64,000 nucleotides of DNA from Pseudomonadota bacterium (lineage in GTDB: Bacteria; Pseudomonadota; Gammaproteobacteria; JAKAQQ01), in the NCBI GenBank assembly GCA_027320085.1, contig DAHVLZ010000009.1, forward strand, positions 192,001-256,000, given 5' to 3'. Each line of letters starts with the position of its first letter. Within the stretch, counting starts at the first letter, position 1. The notes below the pieces were generated by a model. That model was not told the DNA's origin, ran no database searches, and was given only the letters and a program-made list of their open reading frames with translations. The position numbers and the translations under genes are program-made. Shown in pieces: positions 10,489-19,000 of the stretch.

Positions 10489-12180
10489 ATGAAATACGAA
10501 TCGTGGAAACATGGCGGGCTGGATGCTCTTGCCGTGTCCTCCGGCCTCCTCTTGGGATGGGCCGTATGGCAGCCCGGAGGTCTCTCTTGGTCCTGGCTGA
10601 TCGTCCTCGCCATTTGGACTGGCTGTTCAACCCAAACCCGTCGGCTTTTTCTCATCTGGTTTGGCTACTATCTCGGCGCCTTGCGTCTACCGCTGGACAG
10701 CCTGCGTGATTATTACCCCACGCCCCAAGGCTTGTGGATCGCGCTTTTGGCACAGTTTGTCCTCGCGTTGCTCCTGGCCGGTCCGTTTGTCCTATGCGCA
10801 ACACCTCGCTTCCGAAGTCCCTTCCGGGCGGCTCTAGCTGCCTGCTTCGGCCTGCTCACCTCGGCGCTACCCCCACTCGGCAGTGTCGGTCTCGCCTCTC
10901 CATTTTTCGGGGCCAGTTCTTTCTTCCCCGGCTGCGGAATTTTGGGCCTTCTCGCTTTTCTAGGTATTTTTGCTCTCCTTGTGGCAACGACTCGAGCATT
11001 ACCGCGGGAAAGAAAAAAAGAGATCTTAAACGCATCTCAAGCCATCGTCCTCGCCGGAGCCCTAGTGCAACCGTTATTGGGAATCACACCCAAAGGGCTT
11101 GGACTTTACTGCCCTCGGTCGGTTTCCTGTCCGAGCAAGACTGTCGTGCCCATCTCCTATCCCTTTGGCCCCACAGTCAAATCGTGGTCATCATTCTTGC
11201 GCAGAGCCCGCCTGATCACGCATCTGGCCCAAGACGCGCTCCAGACTGCTCCTCAAGCACGCCTGCTCCTTTTCCCGGAGGCGGTAGCAGGACCATTCAA
11301 TCACGCTTTTTTACCCCTCTATCAAAGACTAAACACCCTAGCCCGAGAACAGGGCGTCATTGTGGCGTTGGGAAGTACTGTCCCTTGGCAATCTCGACAC
11401 GGGACAAGCTGGAGCGATGGGCTTGTTTTTCTCGGTAAGGCTCAGGGTGAACTTATTGCTCGGCAACCGGCTCCGCTGGTCGAATGGGCACCCTGGAGGT
11501 CACTTCTGAATCGCACGACTCCCACCATGCCTGCCTTCTGGTGGTGGCACATGAGTGGACGCTCGAAATCCAACCGGATCCGCCGCGATGACATCCAGTT
11601 TGGGACCCATCGCTGGGCAGCCCTCATCTGCTATGAACAGGCATTAGTCTGGCCCATCTTGTGGACGATATTTCATCATCAGCCCACATTGCTTCTGGCA
11701 CCTGAAAGCGTACATTGGGAAAGGAAACGATCGATTGGCATGCTGGAAGAGCGAATGGCTCATGCTTGGGGCCGACTTTATGCCCTCCCAGTTGCAATTG
11801 CAACGAACCTTCCTCCACACAGGCCATCAGGTGAATCAGGGTTTCTCTACCCCACAGGCACCGGTTCGAGGCTTTCCAGCAAACGATCAGGTCCTCTTGC
11901 TATAATCCCAACCGGTAGCCGGAAGGCTACCGGTTGGCTGTGGAGTCAAAGGTTCGAGACCCTCAATCCGGTATGGAGCAGGAACATCATGAGCAGTTCC
12001 CATGCGCTCTTCCGTGCCTCGGGCAAACAAGGCGGTTACCGCTGCGTTTTTTCCGGCCCCAGGATCATGATCCATGTCTCCACGAATCCCCTGGCTCGGT
12101 TATGCCGACCCAAAATGGGTTGGCGTTGCCTTGACCTTTCTAATGACCATGGAGATCTGTCTCATGAAAATCCCGCCTGA
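10489..12180 (+). CDS. Membrane carbon-nitrogen hydrolase-fold protein, TraB (rhizobial Ti type)/Lnt-like; family similarity seems to end near 11811
   Basis: Multi-TM N-terminus, FPEA, RQPAP..W.PW, LICYEQALVWP, AWGRLYALP..ATN. Confidence 0.75.
   Translation: MKYESWKHGGLDALAVSSGLLLGWAVWQPGGLSWSWLIVLAIWTGCSTQTRRLFLIWFGYYLGALRLPLDSLRDYYPTPQGLWIALLAQFVLALLLAGPFVLCATPRFRSPFRAALAACFGLLTSALPPLGSVGLASPFFGASSFFPGCGILGLLAFLGIFALLVATTRALPRERKKEILNASQAIVLAGALVQPLLGITPKGLGLYCPRSVSCPSKTVVPISYPFGPTVKSWSSFLRRARLITHLAQDALQTAPQARLLLFPEAVAGPFNHAFLPLYQRLNTLAREQGVIVALGSTVPWQSRHGTSWSDGLVFLGKAQGELIARQPAPLVEWAPWRSLLNRTTPTMPAFWWWHMSGRSKSNRIRRDDIQFGTHRWAALICYEQALVWPILWTIFHHQPTLLLAPESVHWERKRSIGMLEERMAHAWGRLYALPVAIATNLPPHRPSGESGFLYPTGTGSRLSSKRSGPLAIIPTGSRKATGWLWSQRFETLNPVWSRNIMSSSHALFRASGKQGGYRCVFSGPRIMIHVSTNPLARLCRPKMGWRCLDLSNDHGDLSHENPA
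11898..11937 (+). promoter_or_regulatory. Extended -10 element followed by a perfect 13-bp hairpin
   Basis: TGCTATAAT (11898-11906), then CCAACCGGTAGCC-GGAA-GGCTACCGGTTGG (11908-11937). Confidence 0.6.
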
Positions 12181-12736
12181 TGATTTTGAAATCAAGCCCA
12201 TCCGCGGCAAGCTGCGTCTGAACGGAATGGCCCTGGTCCTTGCGGAACGCCTAGTTTGTTGTGGTGCACGCCCCTCATTCGTCAAGCAGTTCGTACCGCT
12301 TTCAGATCGGGCCATTCGTCAGATGTACCGAAGTATCTGGGACCGACCCTCCCCACGAGGCCGGCACCGGCAAAATATCGAGGACTGGTGGGTTGGAGGG
12401 GGATGGTCGAGGCGCCTATCCGGCGGCTTGTTTTATACCATCCATTGTTTTTACCCGAGCGGTGAACAGGACATATTTTGGAATTTTGTATCCTCTTTCC
12501 AGTCTTATGCTAAACGCTGCCAAACGCTCGGGATCGAGTGCGCCGACATTGAGATGTGCTGGAACCTTCTAACTAAGATCAAAGCCCGGGAACTGGTCGT
12601 TAAACGCTGCCCCGAGTGCCTCACTCTTTTCATTGCGCTTCCACTGACCTTCTCCCGCCAGAAAAAAACCTGCCTGTACTGCCTGCGAGAGCGAAAAAAT
12701 CGGGGGCGCAGTGAGGGCGGAACAGAAAACACCTGA
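12164..12736 (+). CDS. FlhC-family (FlhC/SetC/AcaC-like) Zn-finger transcriptional activator
   Basis: LAERLV..GAR, RQMYR..PSPRG..DWW, CWNLL, CPEC...CLYC; GGAG RBS at 12151-12154. Confidence 0.8.
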   Translation: MKIPPDDFEIKPIRGKLRLNGMALVLAERLVCCGARPSFVKQFVPLSDRAIRQMYRSIWDRPSPRGRHRQNIEDWWVGGGWSRRLSGGLFYTIHCFYPSGEQDIFWNFVSSFQSYAKRCQTLGIECADIEMCWNLLTKIKARELVVKRCPECLTLFIALPLTFSRQKKTCLYCLRERKNRGRSEGGTENT

Positions 12737-12742
12737 GACTGG

Positions 12743-13339
12743 TCAGGAACTGGGGACGGAGGGCTCAAAGGAAGTGATTCCGTCCTTCAGAATTTTATGG
12801 AGTCTGGGCCAATCAAAGGCGGGGCCAGGATCGGTCTTGCGCCCGGGGGCAATTTCCGAGTGGCCCACCACGTCTCCAGCAGCCAAGGAGGGATAGACAT
12901 CCCACAGCGCTCGGATCGAGACCGCAAGACTCTGGTACTGGTCCGGTTCATACGCTTGTTCGTCGGTTCCTTCGAGTTCAATGCCGATCGAGAAATCGTT
13001 GCACTGTTCACGTCCCTTCCAGCAGGAAGCGCCCGCGTGCCATGCCCGCTCCACGAATGGAACGTATTGGACAATCCGACCACGACGATCGATGAACAGA
13101 TGGGCTGATACCCGGAGCCCGGAAACGGATCTGAGCACAGGATCTGGATGGTTTTCAGGAATTCGATTCATGAAGAGGGCTTCCACCCTGTCAGTACCAA
13201 AAACGCCAGGTGGAAGGCTGATTCCGTGGACCACGATCAGATCCAGACTGACCCCGGAAGGGCGAGTATCCCGGTTGGGCGACCAGCAGTGCTGTGCTGG
13301 CAGGAAAATGCCCCTCATCGGGTCAATCATTGAAAACAT
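12743..13339 (-). CDS. ampD: 1,6-anhydro-N-acetylmuramyl-L-alanine amidase
   Basis: VVHGISLPPG, VSAH, RAWHAG, NDFSIGIELEG, GHSEIAPGRKTDPG. Confidence 0.95.
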   Translation of the reverse strand: MFSMIDPMRGIFLPAQHCWSPNRDTRPSGVSLDLIVVHGISLPPGVFGTDRVEALFMNRIPENHPDPVLRSVSGLRVSAHLFIDRRGRIVQYVPFVERAWHAGASCWKGREQCNDFSIGIELEGTDEQAYEPDQYQSLAVSIRALWDVYPSLAAGDVVGHSEIAPGRKTDPGPAFDWPRLHKILKDGITSFEPSVPSS

Positions 13340-13453
13340 GAAAATCCTCTCTGCCAGCAGGATACCGCCCGAATCTCATTGTAACCAACGAGCCCATCAG
13401 GAACTTCCGTGTCGCTTAGAATGATCCTTACCCCGAATCGTTGCGGAACGCCC

Positions 13454-14809
13454 ATGCCCAATAACCAGCAGTGGACTCAACGTGATCTGGCCGTCGTGTG
13501 GCATCCCTGTACCCAAATGAAGGACCATGAATGGCTACCCCTCATTCCTTTGGTCAGGGGCAAGGGGCCTTGGCTGTTTGATGCAGATGGGAACCGCTAT
13601 TTGGATGCCATCAGTTCCTGGTGGGTTAACCTGTTTGGGCACTGCCATCCCAAGATCAGTCAGGCAGTGGAGAACCAACTGGGGCTGCTTGAACACATCC
13701 TCCTGGCCGGTGCCACCCACATACCCGCCATTGAGCTGGCTGAACGATTACTGGCTCGGGCTCCAGCTGGTCTCACCCGTTGCTTCTATGTCGACAATGG
13801 CTCCGCCGCAGTGGAAGCCGCCCTCAAGATGAGCTTTCATTATTGGAAAAATCAAGGCTACCCACACAAGGATCACTTCGTCTCCCTGCAAAACAGCTAT
13901 CACGGGGAGACACTGGGCGCCCTCTCGGTAGGTGGGGTCGGCCTTTATCGTGATATCTACAAACCTCTCTTCCATGCCGGATTTTCGGTGCCTGTAGCTG
14001 ATCTTTATGAACGCCAAGATGACGAAACGATCGAGAGCTATACCGAACGGCGTTTTACCGTCTTGGAACATCTGCTGACTGAAAAAGCGAATCAGATTGC
14101 TGCTGTTTTAGTCGAGCCTCTCGTCCAATGCGCGGGTGGCATGCGGATGTATCCTCCTCTGTACCTATCCCGGCTTCGGGAAAGTTGTGACCGACATGGT
14201 GTCCATCTCATCGCCGATGAGTGTGCCGTTGGCATGGGTCGAACCGGTACCTTTTTTGCCTGCGAACAAGCCCAGATCTCACCGGATATCCTGATTCTGG
14301 CCAAAGGACTGACTGGAGGCTATCTGCCACTCTCTGCACTTCTGGTGCGAGAATCCCTCTATCAGGCCTTTTACGACGACTACCGATCCCACAAGGCGTT
14401 CCTGCATTCTCACAGCTATACGGGCAATCCGTTGGCCTGCCGAGCGGCTCTTGCAACCCTTGACCTCTTCGACCAAGAACCGGTCCTTGAGCAAAACCAG
14501 AAGCTTCATGAACGGCTCGTACAGGGTCTTGCGCCCCTCCAAGGGCATCCTCATGTTGCCGATGTCCGCATCACCGGAACAATTGCAGCGGTCGAACTGG
14601 CCCAGGACGGCCCTCGTAAGATAAGCTACCCCGCGGGGGAACGGCGGGGACTTGAGGTCTTCCGGTATGGCCTACAGCACGAAGCCTGGCTACGACCGCT
14701 CGGCAACGTGGTCTACCTGATGCCTCCTTATGTCATCAATGCCCAAGAGACGGAAACCTTGTGCGCCACCGTCTGTGCGGGAATTGACTTTGCCACCCGG
14801 AGTGGCTGA
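13454..14809 (+). CDS. bioA: Adenosylmethionine-8-amino-7-oxononanoate transaminase
   Basis: WHPCTQM, DAISSWWVN, YHGETLG, LIADE, KGLTGG, LRPLGN. Confidence 0.95.
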   Translation: MPNNQQWTQRDLAVVWHPCTQMKDHEWLPLIPLVRGKGPWLFDADGNRYLDAISSWWVNLFGHCHPKISQAVENQLGLLEHILLAGATHIPAIELAERLLARAPAGLTRCFYVDNGSAAVEAALKMSFHYWKNQGYPHKDHFVSLQNSYHGETLGALSVGGVGLYRDIYKPLFHAGFSVPVADLYERQDDETIESYTERRFTVLEHLLTEKANQIAAVLVEPLVQCAGGMRMYPPLYLSRLRESCDRHGVHLIADECAVGMGRTGTFFACEQAQISPDILILAKGLTGGYLPLSALLVRESLYQAFYDDYRSHKAFLHSHSYTGNPLACRAALATLDLFDQEPVLEQNQKLHERLVQGLAPLQGHPHVADVRITGTIAAVELAQDGPRKISYPAGERRGLEVFRYGLQHEAWLRPLGNVVYLMPPYVINAQETETLCATVCAGIDFATRSG

Positions 14810-15582
14810 TGCGGATCCCCCGCCTCTATGCACCTCCGCCTTTAGTTCCGGGCACTGAGATCATCCCGGATCCGGAATCCAATCACTATCTCCGTCATGT
14901 CCTCCGACTGGCCACAGACGATCTGATCATTCTCTTTGACGGGATCGGACACGAACATGATGCACGAATCCATTGCAGCTCCAAGGGAAGAACCCGCCTG
15001 GCAGTCGGACCACCCCGGGATCCCATCGACCGGGAATCAAAACTCAGGGTCTGGCTGTATCTCTCACTGACCCGAGGCGCCAAAATGGATTGGATCATCG
15101 AAAAAGCCACAGAGTTAGGTGTCGCCGGGATCCAGCCGGTTACCACCCGTCGCAGTGTGATGACGTCACGACTCAACTATCCCGATGCCCGGCTCCGTCA
15201 CTGGAACGCACTTGCCCGAAGCGCTTCCGCTCAGTGTGGAAGAAGCTGGGTCCCGCTTTGTCAACCCCCCATCGAATGGCAGACTTTTCTTGAAAAGCCC
15301 ACAGAACCCGGATTGCGTTTTGTATTGACACCGGATGCCACAACACAGGGCTTTATACAAAAAACAACCCCCATGCCCGACGTTCACCTGCTAGTTGGGC
15401 CAGAGGGGGGATTTACGGAGGAAGAGCTCGAAGCCGTCCGGAAACTGGGCTATGAGCCGGTCAGGCTAGGCCCCCGGATCCTGCGTACCGAAACGGCTCC
15501 GCTCGTGGGGCTAGCTGTTTTGCAGAGCCTCTGGGGAGACCTCAACAGTCGCCCCGCGCTCAGGCCGGCACCGCCGGCTTGA
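14809..15582 (+). CDS. rsmE: 16S rRNA m3U1498 methyltransferase
   Basis: HVLRL, IEKATELGV, VGPEGGF, LGPRILRTETA. Confidence 0.96.
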   Translation: MRIPRLYAPPPLVPGTEIIPDPESNHYLRHVLRLATDDLIILFDGIGHEHDARIHCSSKGRTRLAVGPPRDPIDRESKLRVWLYLSLTRGAKMDWIIEKATELGVAGIQPVTTRRSVMTSRLNYPDARLRHWNALARSASAQCGRSWVPLCQPPIEWQTFLEKPTEPGLRFVLTPDATTQGFIQKTTPMPDVHLLVGPEGGFTEEELEAVRKLGYEPVRLGPRILRTETAPLVGLAVLQSLWGDLNSRPALRPAPPA

Positions 15583-16027
15583 ACTTTGCCAGCTCTCCCT
15601 CAATCCAGTCGAAATCAGGAATCAGGGGGACTTCACCACCCAGTTGCGCCCGCGAAACAAAGCCTGAAGTGACCTTCTGATCTTCATGCGCTTTGAGAAT
15701 ACGGGGGTCAATGCGAAGAAGGTAAGGGTAGCCCAAGGTCATGATGGCAAAGTATCGGGTATCCAGCCGTCCTGTCAGCGCATAAACGACCAAAAGCCGG
15801 CTCTTGTTGCCAGCTGGCCGGCTCGGCATACCGGCCGCCACTTCCAGGGAAACGACCGGAATCGACTGTTGATTACGGGCCCGGTATCCCAAAAGGCACG
15901 TGGGCCCACCGGAGGCCGGCTCAATGTTTCCCCGGTTAAGCACTTCGACCACGAGCTCCCTCGGGAGAATAATTTTGAAGCCATCCAGCGGAACCAGTAG
16001 GCAGTAGAGTTCTTCTTCCCGTGTCAT
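15560..16027 (-). CDS. chpC: CheW-like protein ChpC
   Basis: CheW-like pattern (LLVP..ILP..VVEV, LLG, IPVVSLE); directly downstream of chpA. Confidence 0.8.
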   Translation of the reverse strand: MTREEELYCLLVPLDGFKIILPRELVVEVLNRGNIEPASGGPTCLLGYRARNQQSIPVVSLEVAAGMPSRPAGNKSRLLVVYALTGRLDTRYFAIMTLGYPYLLRIDPRILKAHEDQKVTSGFVSRAQLGGEVPLIPDFDWIEGELAKFKPAVPA

Positions 16028-19000
16028 CAGGAATCGTCTCCAGAGGTTTTCTCGATCGCGGAAAAGCGATCCGGGCGCAAACGGTGAAGCGTCTCAAGAA
16101 GCTCTTCCTCACGATAAGGTTTTGGCAGATAGGCATTGACCCCGATTTCCTGGGCACGTTGGCGATGCTTTTCTCCCGAGCGTGAGGTAATGATCACGAT
16201 AGGCAGGGAGTGCAGGCGTTCATCGGCCCGGATGCGCGTGGACAGTTCAAACCCGTCCATGCGAGGCATTTCGATATCCACCAAGGCCACGTCCGGTACG
16301 CGTTCTCCGAGAAGCATCAAGGCATCTACGCCGTCTTTGGCAGTCATGACCTCAATACCGCTGCGTTCCAAGAAACGCTGAGATACGCGGCGCATCGTGA
16401 TGGAATCGTCGACGACGAGCACAAGCCCCCGTTGACGAGGCTGTGCAGCCGAAGCCACTACAGCTGCCACATCGGGTACAACCGAGCGGCGGCGCAAGGC
16501 ACGGACAAGTCCCACTGGATCCAGAACAAAAATAATGCTGCCGTCACCGAGAATGGTCGCACCGGAAATTCCCGGGATGCTCGCCATTTGGATTCCGAGG
16601 GGCTTGACCACAATTTCCCGGCTTCCGATCAGGGTATCGACAGCGAACGCTCGATAATCGTCACCTCCCCTGGCGAGAAGCAGGGAAACGATCTCGGTGC
16701 CTGAAGCCCCCTCTGTAGGTCGGCCCAAGGCATGGAGAAGCGGCATGATCCGGTAACTGCGACCGCCGTACAGATAAACCGGGTTCTCCTTCTGTATGAC
16801 TTCCTCGTATTCCCGTGTGGTCATTCGACCCACGCCCTCGATGCTATGCAGGGGAACTGCATACTGGCCGGTTCCTGCGGTCACCAAGAGGGATTGCGAG
16901 ATGGCCAGGGTAAAGGGCAGCCGGATCAACATCCGGGTCCCATGACCGGTCTCCGAGGTGACCTCGACGGTTCCTGCCAGATCGCGGATTTCGGCGGACA
17001 CAACATCCATGCCGACACCACGCCCGGCAGTCTGTGTCAGTGTACGGGCGGTTGAAAAGCCGGGCCTGAAGATCATTTGGATCAGGTCATCCTGTGAGGG
17101 TTCCTGGCCGGGCGGAATGAGATCCATTTCGATGGCTTTGTCACGGATGGCCTGGAAATTGAGACCCGCGCCGTCATCCGCGACCTCAATGATCACTTCG
17201 GGCCCTTCCCGGCGGAAGGTCAGGGCGATCTGGCCGGCCGGATTCTTGCCGAGGGTTTGGCGTCGTTCGGGACTCTCGATACCATGAAACACCGCATTGC
17301 GAACCATGTGCTCCAGCGGGGCCACCAGCCGATCCAGAACACGTCGATCAAGTTCCGCTTCGGTTCCCTGAACCAGCATCCTCGCCTGCTTGCCGGCTTC
17401 GCGGGCCGTCCGCTCGACAACGCGCTCTAGCCTCGGCGCCACCGACTGGACAGAGACCAGTCGTCCCCGCATAAGGTTATCTTGGAGAACCGTGTTCACC
17501 CGGCCTTGCTGGAGCAAAAGTGTCGAGGATTCCCGGATCAGATTATCCAGCAAATGCTGCAAGCTGTTCAGGTCATTGACGGATTCAGCAAGCGCCCTCG
17601 ACAATTCCTGTACCCGGGTATAGCGGTCCAACTCCAAGGGATCAAATCCAGCATGGGATTCGATGGTCTCTTGTGGGCGACGGGCAAGCATCTGGGCCTC
17701 GGTCTCAAGCTCCAAGCGACGCAACTGTTCACGCAGACGCTCAACGGTCCTCGCATGTTCTGCCAGGTTAAAAGCAATACTGTTGACCTGTTCCTCAAGC
17801 CGAGCTCGGTAGATTCCCACCTCACCAGCTTCGTTCAAGGCTTGATCCAGGAGCTCCGCCCGAACTCGAACCACCGTAGAAGAAGGTGCTGGCTGGCCTG
17901 GCTGTGGAGCCGCGAGATCAGGTCCTGCAGCCTGTACCGCTTCCTGATCCTCCGGACCCATCCTAGGAGTGGATTCGCTGGTCTGGACTTCCGCCGACGA
18001 ATCCTCAAAGGCCGTGGTCATGAACCTTGCCAGTGACGTCATGAGCCGCCGATCCTCACGCGGAACCTGTCCCTGGCGAGCCTGCGCCAACATCTGGTGC
18101 AGGGACCCGATCGCCGACTGGATCAGCTCTCCCAGCTGGTCACGTGCCACTTCGTCCCAATGAAGGGTCGCCCAGTCCAAAACGGATTCCAGCTCATGGG
18201 CCAATGAAGCGATGGCCTGGAAATTCGCGATCCGGGCACCACCTTTCAGGGTGTGCAAGGTCCTCTTGAGATGCGAAAGCTGATCGGGCCTGAGATTGTC
18301 CGTACCGGTCTCTAGCAGTGGGACCGTTTCCTCTAGGAGTTCACGAGCCTCTTCCAGGAACACCACCTGGATTTCCGAGGAGCTTCGTCCACTCGGGCCC
18401 GAGGGATCCGGCAACCGAGGCGACACAGGGATAGAGGGGGGTTGACTGGCCTTCTCCCCTGCTTCCCCCGTCTTGGCGGGAGATCCCCCTGACTCCGGAA
18501 GAGTGGACCTCGACCCACCCACCACAACCTGCCATTCGACATGAAGCGGTTCTACAGCAGGCAGAAGATCCTGCCGGTTTCCGTAGGCACCAACACATTG
18601 TTCGGCTGTATTCAAGCTCCTAAGCAACCGATCACGATCCGTTTCCGCGAACGGCAGAAGGCCATAAGCCAGTGCCTCGAAGTAATGATTGATCGGTTCA
18701 AAAAGCTGCACCATCTCCTCCAGCTGCGCCATTTGCGAAATTCCATTTAAGGTATGGGCCGCTTTGGAAACGGAGAAAGGAACTGGAATTTGCGGGGATC
18801 CGAGCCACTCCCGGAGTACTGCCATGTGATGGCGGGCCTCATCACGGAAAATGCCGTACAGGGCGGGATCGATCCGAGGCACCGGTGCCGGCGTGACCTC
18901 GGGTTCCAGATCTTCCCGGCTGATCAGCGCCTCTGCGCGACGAAACCGCTCCACATAGTCCGGCAAGCGAGCTTTCCCCTGTTCCAGTTCCTTGATCAGT

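Noticed and set aside
11940-11975. GGTTCGAGACC as a tRNA fragment or att site
   Set aside because: No cloverleaf, no CCA end, no matching att copy.
12015-12130. GGGCAAAC as a c-di-GMP-I riboswitch
   Set aside because: Lacks the GAAA-capped P2 and GACGCAAAGC elements.
11934-12134. 66-aa ORF as a possible FlhD partner
   Set aside because: No FlhD-like features and a weak start; overlaps the hairpin region.
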